This document shows, in pieces, positions 12,901 through 20,048 of a stretch of DNA of 64,000 nt. The notes under the pieces were generated by a model. That model made no database searches and had not been told where the DNA came from. It saw nothing but the letters and a program-made list of their open reading frames with translations. The position numbers and the translations under genes were made by a program. The stretch is taken from contig CBDFLE010000005.1 in assembly GCA_965248925.1 (NCBI GenBank), positions 2,240,001-2,304,000 on the forward strand. Direction: 5' to 3'. Origin of the DNA: Candidatus Multivoradales bacterium (lineage in GTDB: Bacteria; Acidobacteriota; Thermoanaerobaculia; Multivoradales; J023). Each line of letters begins with the position of its first letter. The first letter of the stretch is position 1.

Positions 12901-15900
12901 AGGTTGGAGACACAGACCTCCACTTTCTCGGCCAGATCGACCTGGCTGATATCGCCGTGAATGACCTCGACGATATCCTGCAAGCCTTCGCTGGCAATGC
13001 GCTGGCGAGCATGATCGGCAGCCTCTTCGACAATCTCCAGGGCATAGACCCGGCGAGCGCCGGCCGCCGCGCAGTAGCGTGCCCAGATCGCTTCGTGGCC
13101 GGTACCCACGTCGAGCACTACCTTGCCCGCCACGGTGGCCTGGATGGCACGGCGGTAGAGCTGGTTGCGACGCTCGTCCTTGACCATCGAGTAATAGAGC
13201 AGTTCCTCGTAGATCTGGTATTCACCGACGCAGGGCCAGATCTCGACCTGCTGGCTGCCAACCGCGGCGTCGGCAGTCGATCCACGAGTGGCGACATAGG
13301 CCACCAGCGTCTTGTCGGCGCCGCTGCCGCGGGCGACCACCGCGGCCCCCTCGATGGCGGGATGCTCGGTCAGCCGGGCCTCGATCTCACCCGGCTCAAT
13401 ACGCACTCCGCGCACCTTGATCTGCTGGTCGGCGCGGCCCAAGTACTCCAGCCGACCGTCGGCCAGCCGGCGCCCCCGGTCACCGGTCCGGTAGAGCCGG
13501 CCACCGGCACGCGGCGACCACGGGTCGGGAACGAAGCGCTCGGCGGTTAAGGCAGCGCGACCCTGGTAGCCCCGCGCCAAGCTCGGACCGGCGACGTAGA
13601 GTTCACCAGCCGCCGCCACCGGCAACGACTCCAACCCGCCATCCAACACCGACAAGCGCAGATTGCCCAACGGCCGGCCGATCGGCACGATTTGCCCCGT
13701 CCCGGCCTGGCCCCGGCGACAGCGGTTGTGACTGGCGTCGATCGCCGTCTCGGTCGGGCCATAGAGGTTGATCAGCTCCGCGTCCAGCAGTGACTCGAAG
13801 CGCCCACGCAGCGCCTCCGGCAGCGCTTCTCCACCGCTGAAGACCCGCCGCAGGCTGCCGCACGAAGCCGCCCCGACCTCCTCCAACCAGACCTGCAGCT
13901 GCGACGGAACGAGCTGCAGCACACTCACCCCGCGCTCCTCGATCAGCTGCCGCAAGTAAGCCATGTCCCGATGGCCACCGTCTCGCGCCAGCTCGATCGA
14001 GGCGCCGGCCACCAGCGGCGTCAGCAGCTCCCACAGCGAGGCGTCAAAAGACAGCGGGGTCTTCTGCAAGACCCGGTCAGCAGCCGCCAGCGGATACTCC
14101 GACTGCATCCACAACACCCGGTTGGCGATCGCCCGATGCGACACCATCACTCCCTTCGGACGGCCGGTCGAGCCCGAGGTGTAGATCACGTAGGCCAGCT
14201 GATCTGCCGCCACCGCCACCGCGGGGGCCGCCCGCTGGTGCCGCCCGGCAACCGCCTGGTGAAGCTCTATGACCGGCAGGTCGCCGCTCAGTCCGGCGGT
14301 TTGTGGTCGCGTCGTCCAGGCCGGGTCGACCAGCAGCAGCGAGGCGCCGCTGTCCTCGATCAGGTAGCTCAGTCGCGCCGCCGGATAGTCTGGATCCAGC
14401 GGCACCACGGTGCCACCGCCGCTCAAGATGGCCAGCAGGCCGACCACCATCTCCGGCGAGCGGACGCTGGACAATCCCACCCTGGTTTCCGCCACCATGC
14501 CCCGCGAGCGCAATAAGCTCGACAGCTGATCGACCCGCGACCACAGCTCGGCGTAACTCCACGACACGGCACCCTGCGCTACTGCCTGAAGGCTGCCGCA
14601 ATCAGCGCGCCGAGCGAGCAGCGGGCCGAGCAGCGAGTCAGCGCCGTAGGGCACCGCAGTATCATTCCAATCCCACAGCAGCTGGTGCCGCTGCCCGCGG
14701 TTCAACACCGGCAGCTGGTCGAGCCTCGAGTCGGGGTGCCGCAACACCGCCTGCAAAACGCGATCGAAATGGTCAAGCAAGCGCTGGATCGTCGTGCGGT
14801 CGAAGAGATCCGGGTTGAACACCGCCCCGGCGCGGAAGCGGCCTTCGGCCTGGTCGAGAGTCACGGTCAGGTCGAACTTCGACCCGGCGCCACCGAGTTC
14901 CAGGCGCTGCAACTCGATGCCGGCCAGCCGCAACGACTGGCCGTGCGGTGGTTGCAGGTCGAAACCGACCTGGAACAGGGGTGAATGACTCAGGCTGCGC
15001 GATGGGCGCAGTTCCTCGACCAGCTTCTCGAAGGGCACGTCCTGATGGGCGTGAGCGTCGAGCACCACCTCCCTTAAACGGTCGAGCAGCTGGCTAAATG
15101 GCAGCCGCTCGGCCAGCTCAGTGCGCAGCACCAGGGTGTTGACCAGGAAGCCAATCAGCCCTTCGGTCTCGAGCTGATGGCGATTGGCCACTGCCGTACC
15201 GACACTCAGATCGGTCTGCCCGGTGTAGCGCCACAGCACCGTCTTGAAAACCGCTAGCAAGATCATGTAAGGGGTCACGCTGCTGCTCGCCGCCAGCTTC
15301 TGCACCGCTGCCGTATCGCTGCTGATCAGCCGCGTCAAGACAGCGCCGCGGAAGGTCTGCACCGCCGGCCGCGGCCGATCGGTTGGCAGCTCGAGTAGCT
15401 CGGGCAAGCCAGCCAGCTGCTGGCGCCAATACCCCAGGCGCTCCTCGAGTATCTCCCCCGCCAACCAGCCGCGCTGCCAGATGGCGTAGTCGCCATATTG
15501 GATCGGCAGCTCGGCCAAGGCCGCCGGCCGCCCCCCTGCGAAGGCGGCGTAGAACTCGCTCAGCTCGCGGATCAAAACTCCCATCGACCAACCATCGGCG
15601 ACGATGTGGTGGAGGGAGAAGAGCACCACATGGCGTGCCTCCCCCAGACGCAGCAGCTGGGCACGAATCAACGGTCCGCGGCCGAGATCGAAGGGAGTCG
15701 CCGCTTCCAATCGGCCGCGGCGGCGCACCTCGGCGTCAGCGACGGTCGCCGACAGCTGCGCGAGATCCACTAGCGGAAGGTCGAAGGGAACCGCTGGCAG
15801 CACTTGCTGCCGAGGTTCCCCGTGACGGTCGGGGAACACCGTCCGCAGCGACTCATGGCGCCCGACCACCGCGCTCAGCGCCGCCACCACCAGCGCCGGG

Positions 15901-18900
15901 TCGAGCTGCCCTTCGAGGGCCAGGGCGGTCATCGAGTTATAGGCCGTATTTCCCGGCTTCAACCGATCGAGGAACCACAGTCGCTGCTGGGCAAAGGACA
16001 GTGGAATATCCTCCGCCGTGGAGCTCGCCTGGGCGCGGGGCTCGATCGGCGGCAAGACTTCGCCGCCGGTCTGCAGCAGTTCCTCAACCACCCCGGCCAG
16101 GCCCTCGACCGTGGGCTCTTCGAACAGCCTGCGCAACGGCAGCTCGACATGAAAGCCTCGGCGCACTCGGGAAACCAGCTGGGTGGCCAGCAGGGAATGG
16201 CCGCCGATCTCGAAAAAGCTGTCGTCGACGCTGACCTGATCGACCCCAAGGATGTCGCACCACATCGACACCATGAGTTCCTCGAAGGGTGTTCGTGGCG
16301 CGATTACCCGACGCGAGCCCTGCTGCTCTTCGGGGGCCGGCAGCGAACTCCAATCAATCTTGCCGCGCCGGTCGAGGGGCAGAAACGGCAGCGGAACGAT
16401 CGCCGACGGCAGCATAAAGTCTGGCAACCGTTGGGCCAGGAAGGCGCGCAGTTGGTCGGCTTCGAGCACCGCCGCGGCATCTTCCGGCAGGGCCGCCATC
16501 GCCAGCTCAGCAAGTCGCTCACCGGCGGGACCGACGATGCCGGGCCGCGAGGCGTAGAGATTGTAGCGATCGGTGCCAGTCAGCAGCTGGTCTTGTTCTA
16601 CCACCACCTCGAAGCCGTGCCCGGAGAGCAGCTCTCGCAGCTCCTCGACGCGCCCCGAGGTTGCCTCGTCAGGGGCGTCGTGGACCTCCATCACAACTTG
16701 CTGGACCTTGTCCCAATCGGCTTCGTCGAGGCCGGCCAGCACATCCATCTCCGCCCGCTGCACGTCGATCTTCAGCAGGTCAATGCGGTCGATTCCCTGC
16801 TCGCTAATAACCTCGCTCAGACGGCGCAGCCGGACGCTGTGCCGCTCTTCCCGGAAGCGACCGGCGAGAAGTTCATCCGCCTGCTCCAACAGCTCCCCCG
16901 CGGCGGCCTCCCCCTGCTCCAGCTCATTGCTGAGAAAGCGCTTGATCACCTCCACCTCACCCTCTGGGTTGGCGTAGTCGGCCGACCCCGACATCATCGT
17001 GTAGCGGGGGTAGAAGGTGAAGGTCTCGGAGCACTCGGAAGCCGACAAGCCGTACTCGAAGAGCCGCGTGCCACTCGCGTGGCGGGCGACATTGCGTCGC
17101 AGGCTGAGATAGATCGGCGGCAGGGGCTCGAAAGCGAAGATTCGCGCCGTCGGACAGGCGCGGCTGACGAACAGGGTGAACATGCCGATGTTGGCCCCGA
17201 TGTCGAAGACGCAGGCGTTCTCCGGCAGGGTAATGCCATGCAAGGTGTAACAGCGGTTGGCGAAGATCTCCTGATAGAGGTAGTCGGTTTCGTTACGGTT
17301 CTGATGCGCCACCACCAGGCCATTGGGCAAGGTGTGGAGGTCGGGATCGTCGGCAGCGGTCGAGGCGCCGGCAACATAGGCCACCAGGCGCGGATCGTCG
17401 GCGCGATCGTGGCGCAGCTGCACCGCGGATTCGGAGATCGCCGGGTGCTGGCGGAGCACTGACTCGATCTCGCCAAGCTCGATGCGGAAACCGCGCAACT
17501 TGATCTGCCGGTCGACCCGACCGAGAAACTCGAGTTCGCCGTCTTCGCCGTGACACACCCGGTCACCGGAGCGGTACAGCCGGCTGCCTGGTGCCGCCGC
17601 GAAAGGATCGGGGACGAAGCGCTCGGCGGTCAAGGCCGGCCGGCCGAGGTAGCCCCGCGCGACACCAGCTCCGGCAATGGCGAGTTCTCCGTCAATGCCC
17701 TGGTGGGTAAGCCGACTGCGGCGATCGAGCACATAAACCTGGATGTTGGCCAGCGGCCGCCCTAGGCTCGGTCCCGAGGGTCGCGCCGCCACCTCACGCA
17801 AGGTCGAATCGACCGTACACTCGGTCGGACCATAGACGTTGAAGACGCGCAGCCGCGGCAGATTCACCAGCTGCCCCCAGAGCCCGGCATCGATCCCCTC
17901 GCCGCCGAGCAACACCTTCGCCAACGGCAGCTCTGCTTGGTCCAGGCCCGCCGCCAACAACAGGCGAAGCTGCCCTGGGGTAGCGTCCAAGAGATCAATT
18001 TGCTGGTCTGTGAGTAGCCGCAGCAGCGCTTCACCGTCCGGCCGCACAGCCTGCGGGATGATGCATAGGGTGTCGCCCCAGGCCAACCGCACAAGCTGCT
18101 TGATCGAAGCATCGAAGGACAGCGGCGCGTTGAGGCTGATCCGCAGCGTCCCGGTGCGATCGGCATAAACCGCCTGTTCGAGGGCGTAGGTCAGATTGGT
18201 GACACTTGAGTGGCGCACCATGGTGCCCTTGGGCCGCCCGGTCGAGCCAGAGGTGAAGAGGACGTAGGCGAGCTGCTCAGCGGCGGTCGAGAGCGTCGGC
18301 GAAATCGCTGAACAGGCAGCGATCAGCTGCTGGTCGCGCCGCAGGTCGACCGCTTGATCGGCCGCCACCAACTCGGCCCCCGCCCCCCCCTCGAGGATCA
18401 CCAGCCGTGGCTCGATATCGGCCAGCATCTGCCGCAGTCTCTCGACCGGTTGATCTGCATCCAGCGGCACGAAGGCGGCACCGGCTTCGTGCACCGCCAA
18501 AAGGGCGATGATCTGGTCGACTCCACGCTCCAGCAGCAGCACGATGCGGTCTTCGCGCCGCACCCCGCGACGCAGCAGGTGGTGAGCGAGCCGGTGGGCG
18601 CGTTCGCTGACCACCCCGTAGCTGATCTCAACCCGACCGTCGAGCACCGCGACCACCTCGGGAAACTGCTCGGCCCGCTGGCGAAAGAGTTCGTGCAGAG
18701 GAAGTTGTGGAAACTCGCTGGCGGTCTGGTTCCAGCTTGCCACCAAGCGCTGGCGCTCAGCGCTCGGCAAGCCATCGATCCGTTCGATGGGCAGGCTTGG
18801 GGTGGCGGCCACTTCGGTCAGAATCTTGAGCAGCGAGTCGACTATCCGCTCGACCACCCGGCGGGGAAATCTGCCACCGTCATAGCTCAGTCGTAGATCG

Positions 18901-20042
18901 ACTACCGGCCCACTCCGGACACCGCCGAGCAGCAGCTTGAAGCTCTCGCTCAGTCCGCGGGCGCAGCCGATCCCAGCCATGGCACCGCCATCTTGCGGCT
19001 CGTCAAACTCAAAACCGAAGCCAAAACCGGACTCGCCCTCCGCCGCGCTCGGCGGCGGGCCGGCGAAATACTCCATCCACTCGAAGACACCTTCACCGGC
19101 ATCTCCCAATGCCTTGGCGAAAGCCAGCAGAGAGTCCCCTGGACGGAGCGTCGCAGCGATCGGAATCGAGCGTTCGAAGAGCCCGAGAGAAGTGGCCAGA
19201 TCGTCGTATTTTCGACCATCCAACAACCAGCCGAGCACCAGCTCGGTATCTCCCGACAGCCGCCAAAGCAAGGTTCTCCAGGCGGCCAGCAGGAGGGCGC
19301 TCCATTCGAGCTGGCGGTCTTCGAGCTGGCGATCGAGAACCGCGACCAAGTGCCGATCGAGCTGCCGGGTGACGCTTTCCAACTCCGCCGCGGGCGCCGC
19401 AACTTCGGTCTCGAACAGCAAGCGTGGGCCGGCCGCATCGATCTCCCGCCGCTGCTGCCAGAAGGCTTTACCCTGCTCGGCTTCTTCACCTTGCAGAAGC
19501 TCGTTGTGCCACTCGGCGAAGTCGGCATACTGCAAAATCTCGTCGGCGTCCTCGGTGGCGCCTTGGCCGGCGGCCAGGAGGAGCAGGATTTCGTTCGCCA
19601 ACAAACGCAGGCTGTAGCGATCGAGGCACATCAGAGGGGCGGTCAGGATCAGCGTCGAGGCGGCCGGTGAGCGATCGAACCACCCCGCCCGCAAGCCACT
19701 GCCGGAATCCTCCTGGCGGACCGCTTGGCGTTCGCTGAGCAGTAGCGCCGCTAGCTCTGGCGGCTTCTCGGAATCGAATTCGAGCCGTTCGAGGCACGGC
19801 GGGCGAGCGTCATCGATGACCTGCAGCGGCACGCTGACCCCGGCCGGCGCCTTGAACGAGGTGCGAAGGATCTCGTAGCGCTCGACCAAGGTGCCCAGCA
19901 CCTCTTGCAGGCCCTCAAAACTGACCCCAGGGTCAAGCTCGAGAGAGATCTGCGACCACCTGACGCCGGCCGAGCGCTGCCACTTCCAGAGCCTCTCCTG
20001 GAGCGGTGACAGGTGAAATCCTTCAACTACTTTCGTCGTCAT
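3915..20042 (-). CDS. NRPS5 (5375 aa): I-A9(Glu; FkbM MT insert)-T-C-A10(Gln; PRMT/TioN-like MT insert)-T-C-A11(Dab-like)-T-C-A12(Thr-like)-T-E
   Basis: Four YxxFTSGSTG/YTSGSTG A cores, four GG(H/D)S carrier motifs, C motifs HHIVADG, HHAVSDA, HHIAADG, and E motifs HHLAVDG/EGHGRE/RTVGWFT. The N-terminal C-like domain lacks HH (LTAPLMCLD). Codes: DAKDLGVVDK, DAWQFGLIDK, DVWEMSADNK, DVWSVAMVHK. Confidence 0.95.
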   Translation of the reverse strand: MTTKVVEGFHLSPLQERLWKWQRSAGVRWSQISLELDPGVSFEGLQEVLGTLVERYEILRTSFKAPAGVSVPLQVIDDARPPCLERLEFDSEKPPELAALLLSERQAVRQEDSGSGLRAGWFDRSPAASTLILTAPLMCLDRYSLRLLANEILLLLAAGQGATEDADEILQYADFAEWHNELLQGEEAEQGKAFWQQRREIDAAGPRLLFETEVAAPAAELESVTRQLDRHLVAVLDRQLEDRQLEWSALLLAAWRTLLWRLSGDTELVLGWLLDGRKYDDLATSLGLFERSIPIAATLRPGDSLLAFAKALGDAGEGVFEWMEYFAGPPPSAAEGESGFGFGFEFDEPQDGGAMAGIGCARGLSESFKLLLGGVRSGPVVDLRLSYDGGRFPRRVVERIVDSLLKILTEVAATPSLPIERIDGLPSAERQRLVASWNQTASEFPQLPLHELFRQRAEQFPEVVAVLDGRVEISYGVVSERAHRLAHHLLRRGVRREDRIVLLLERGVDQIIALLAVHEAGAAFVPLDADQPVERLRQMLADIEPRLVILEGGAGAELVAADQAVDLRRDQQLIAACSAISPTLSTAAEQLAYVLFTSGSTGRPKGTMVRHSSVTNLTYALEQAVYADRTGTLRISLNAPLSFDASIKQLVRLAWGDTLCIIPQAVRPDGEALLRLLTDQQIDLLDATPGQLRLLLAAGLDQAELPLAKVLLGGEGIDAGLWGQLVNLPRLRVFNVYGPTECTVDSTLREVAARPSGPSLGRPLANIQVYVLDRRSRLTHQGIDGELAIAGAGVARGYLGRPALTAERFVPDPFAAAPGSRLYRSGDRVCHGEDGELEFLGRVDRQIKLRGFRIELGEIESVLRQHPAISESAVQLRHDRADDPRLVAYVAGASTAADDPDLHTLPNGLVVAHQNRNETDYLYQEIFANRCYTLHGITLPENACVFDIGANIGMFTLFVSRACPTARIFAFEPLPPIYLSLRRNVARHASGTRLFEYGLSASECSETFTFYPRYTMMSGSADYANPEGEVEVIKRFLSNELEQGEAAAGELLEQADELLAGRFREERHSVRLRRLSEVISEQGIDRIDLLKIDVQRAEMDVLAGLDEADWDKVQQVVMEVHDAPDEATSGRVEELRELLSGHGFEVVVEQDQLLTGTDRYNLYASRPGIVGPAGERLAELAMAALPEDAAAVLEADQLRAFLAQRLPDFMLPSAIVPLPFLPLDRRGKIDWSSLPAPEEQQGSRRVIAPRTPFEELMVSMWCDILGVDQVSVDDSFFEIGGHSLLATQLVSRVRRGFHVELPLRRLFEEPTVEGLAGVVEELLQTGGEVLPPIEPRAQASSTAEDIPLSFAQQRLWFLDRLKPGNTAYNSMTALALEGQLDPALVVAALSAVVGRHESLRTVFPDRHGEPRQQVLPAVPFDLPLVDLAQLSATVADAEVRRRGRLEAATPFDLGRGPLIRAQLLRLGEARHVVLFSLHHIVADGWSMGVLIRELSEFYAAFAGGRPAALAELPIQYGDYAIWQRGWLAGEILEERLGYWRQQLAGLPELLELPTDRPRPAVQTFRGAVLTRLISSDTAAVQKLAASSSVTPYMILLAVFKTVLWRYTGQTDLSVGTAVANRHQLETEGLIGFLVNTLVLRTELAERLPFSQLLDRLREVVLDAHAHQDVPFEKLVEELRPSRSLSHSPLFQVGFDLQPPHGQSLRLAGIELQRLELGGAGSKFDLTVTLDQAEGRFRAGAVFNPDLFDRTTIQRLLDHFDRVLQAVLRHPDSRLDQLPVLNRGQRHQLLWDWNDTAVPYGADSLLGPLLARRADCGSLQAVAQGAVSWSYAELWSRVDQLSSLLRSRGMVAETRVGLSSVRSPEMVVGLLAILSGGGTVVPLDPDYPAARLSYLIEDSGASLLLVDPAWTTRPQTAGLSGDLPVIELHQAVAGRHQRAAPAVAVAADQLAYVIYTSGSTGRPKGVMVSHRAIANRVLWMQSEYPLAAADRVLQKTPLSFDASLWELLTPLVAGASIELARDGGHRDMAYLRQLIEERGVSVLQLVPSQLQVWLEEVGAASCGSLRRVFSGGEALPEALRGRFESLLDAELINLYGPTETAIDASHNRCRRGQAGTGQIVPIGRPLGNLRLSVLDGGLESLPVAAAGELYVAGPSLARGYQGRAALTAERFVPDPWSPRAGGRLYRTGDRGRRLADGRLEYLGRADQQIKVRGVRIEPGEIEARLTEHPAIEGAAVVARGSGADKTLVAYVATRGSTADAAVGSQQVEIWPCVGEYQIYEELLYYSMVKDERRNQLYRRAIQATVAGKVVLDVGTGHEAIWARYCAAAGARRVYALEIVEEAADHARQRIASEGLQDIVEVIHGDISQVDLAEKVEVCVSNLIGTLGGSEGAAVLLRQARRLMAPGGIFVPRRCVTRIAAVSLPEAVRRQPGFVATAVHYVERVFAEIGYPFDLRLCLRHLPSEYLLSAPGIFEELDFQSDFSAEFERRTILKVEHAGRCDGFLAWIELETAECLVIDSLRHEHSWLPVFIPAAESLELEAGDTFELTITAVLEADGIHPDYRLRGHLARPGSEPLPIELDSPFRRPGLGRSEFYRRLFPDAAPRLLAEPRGVGELTAKEVREHLEERLPPALVPTEVVFLDILPRTVGGKIDRQALVALAGVEDSGAAAPSTAAAPRSLLEEQVLDIWRGVLRVDSLGIHDDFFDHGGHSLLATRIISRVRRACDAAVEVRDLFEAPTVAELVRRLERTAPLPPLPPMALGKAAVGGRRRASFAQERMWLLQQLEPESASYNTPVAVAFEGRLEVAVLAESLRQLAERHQVLAARLVQIDGEIWQQAGADGLRMPLVDLQALRPADAELEAHSWLQRESARPFDLGAEPAARALLFRLGEERYQALLNCHHAVSDAWSMGILIRELAAFYRALAQAEPVALPPLRMSYSDFADWQRELLSGARLEAQLGYWLAQLDGAGARLDLPTDRPRPRALSDRGVTRRVSLPPALSAELLQLARQQGVTAFMLLLAAFETLLHRYTGQTDLCVGVPIAGRQHLESESLIGLFVNTLVMRGRFAGDPGFDELLLQVRRTALDAHTYQDLPFERLIEELLPRRDLSRTPLFQVMFELAHEASFERFDLPAVELHEVVLRTDTAKLDLAISMAEKQGGLVAAVQYSSDLFDHTTIERLWGHLGSLLRGIVASPTTAVSALPLLSPAERHQLAVEWNATEVETGFAGTILELFASHVDQTPSAIAVADGSTRLTYRELDRCSNAVAWTLVEQGVEREMPVALCARRRSAYLVALVGILKAGAVYLPLGPKQPTPRLLGLVERSRVAVLLIDDRRAELAEAVRSSPQLDTAVLVLDELVAAQRWSPPARPIDPSQLAYVLFTSGSTGLPKAAMLDHRGLLNQVWAKICDYRFSPSTVVAQSAAQTFDVSVWQLLAAILAGGRTEIFDDRLAFDPSRLLGAIEQRGVTILEVVPSFLRYALEELDGAGSKAPRLTALEWLMSSGEAIAPELCRRWLRRYPRIPIINAYGPAECSDNISQTFVRKIDDCRVERIVVGRPIANIDLSVLDRQLRRLPVGVVGELFASGVGVGRGYLAQPGRTAEVFIPDPYGEGQRLYRTGDLVKYCGDGNLDFLGRVDFQVKVRGQRIEPGEVDAVLQRQPEVVTAVTIARPEVGGSLSLMAFVVLANDAQVSAEELRKRVAASLPEAMVPSVVTVLERLPLNANGKIDRAALAALELAAPSTAATGGWAGGGFVEDLVSGIWSEVLALGEIGRQDDFFALGGHSLLATRVLSRLRKVLGVELELRAIFEDSTLAGFARRVAMARVAGEEPPAVPLQPVERGAGLALSFAQQRMWFIQQLDPQSSAYNIPFALELEGALDPRALRQAINQLRQRHETLRTRFALGGGGAVQVVEAALPLDLPLIDLSALSEPQRSAAARRHSEQLNRRPYDLSRAPLLRLQILRLGATQHWVVATIHHIAADGWSVSILIDEVAKLYEAAVAGRAAILPALPIQYADFAVWQRQWLSGAVLERQLEYWRSELAGAPALLDLPLDRPRPASWSFAGGSYPVRLPKALSEAARELGRSHGATPFMVLLTAFQTLLFRLSGQDDILLGTPIAGRRRLEVEGLIGLFVNTLVLRGRFGDQLSFGEALTAARETALAADAHQDLPFERLVDELQLVRDLAYSPLFQTMFAFQNVPGVELEVAELVIKGLQIDSQSAKFDLTLGLQETAAGVVGDLQYATDLFDRSTIARWVGQLEQLLAAAVAEPDRALTTLSLLSEAERQELVVEWSGQGVTFEFEGGLWEAFATTVELQPQAIAVNAGEVQLTYLELRDQAAELAGRLWAYGVRPGQSVGLFLERDALLVVAILATLRCAAVYVPIDPEVPAERLRFLAEDSACSLLLTSSSLRDRLPPLAGQVIEIDAATGPNPPTVPAWVTGDPGHAAYVIYTSGSTGVPKGVVVAHDQVLRLLRSSQQHFGFAAEDVWTLFHSYAFDVSVWEIWGALLHGGRLVVVPYWVSRSPDRFLELLQTEGVTVLSQTPSAFRQLISAESTLDRAVQHTLRYVVFAGEALDPSTLRGWLDRHGDSSPRLINMYGITETTVHSTFHRISAAEISAGFGSNVGRPLADLRIFLLDRRGHPVPQGVGGELVVGGAGVALGYLGRGALTASRFVPDALGGGSGARLYRSGDLARWLADGDLEYLGRIDQQVKVRGFRIEPGEIEALLREQPQVAAAAVMALREAGSADARLVAYLVAAADQELRLEELRQGLGERLPSYMVPAEFVVLERLPLTSNGKLDRRALPRPKTEERLAAETSYLAPETPVEHLLTSIWEEVLGLEKIGVEDNFFVLGGDSIQSIQIVAKVNEAGLKIAPRHIFLHQNIAELARVAESLGPPIADRGPVSGPVQLTPIQHWFFDQQLVEVDHFNQALMLEVRERLDPKILRRVFDTLVEHHDGLRLRFVRQDAGWQAHNLPPGEAAPFSVLDLSAVVDEQHPPAELLSAAADRAQRALNLGAGPLARVIWLDLGAERSSRLLLIIHHLAVDGISWRILLADLQRVYQQLAAGQPARLPPRSSSYQAWAERLTALAGSEALVGDGDFWLSRGQSQAGRLPRIHRASTHSEAGQSTTVSLDPEQTEVLLHGLPEDLAVQTQEILLAAILEALATWMGSRIVQLDLEGHGREDVGDDIDVTRTVGWFTTIYPVSFDLRRCRQPMAILRQVRERLRSVPRRGLSFGLLRYLRTDESGHGIAAIAPSEVLFNYLGQLDRVLEAESSFVQAAESTGPQRSPLQKPSHSLEITAKVADGRLTVSWNLAGESGDHGALERVAGGFLKQLGKLIDVASEAERPEPTPADFPLAKLDAGQLENVLGRFGKVGE
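12200..13260 (-). other. Class I SAM methyltransferase (PRMT-like/TioN-like) inserted between the A8 and A9 motifs of A10
   Basis: After LVAYVA the protein reads VEIWPCVGEYQIYEELLYYSMVKDERRNQLYRRAI...VVLDVGTGHEAIWARYCAAAGARRVYALE...IHGDISQVDL...CDGFLAWIEL...HSWLPVF, then resumes with the A subdomain LPPALVP...PRTVGGKIDR. Confidence 0.8.
13292..14692. repeat. ~1.4 kb near-identical copy 1 of the Gln A-domain core (copy 2 at ~43113-44513)
   Basis: Long identical runs at a constant offset of ~29821, e.g. aagtactccagccgaccgtcggccagccggcgc at 13441 and 43262. The proteins match almost residue for residue (HQLLWDWNDTAV...LVAYV). Confidence 0.9.
16540..17340 (-). other. FkbM-family methyltransferase inserted between the A8 and A9 motifs of A9
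   Basis: ETDYLYQEIF...VFDIGANIGMFTLF...IFAFEP...IDLLKIDVQRAEMDVL...QQVVMEVH is typical FkbM sequence. It is flanked by LVAYVA and LPDFMLPS. Confidence 0.88.
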
Positions 20043-20048
20043 CTTGGG

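Noticed and set aside
18383-18390. C8 homopolymer in NRPS5 as a slippage site
   Set aside because: The reading frame is intact (EGGAG), and such runs are expected at this GC content.
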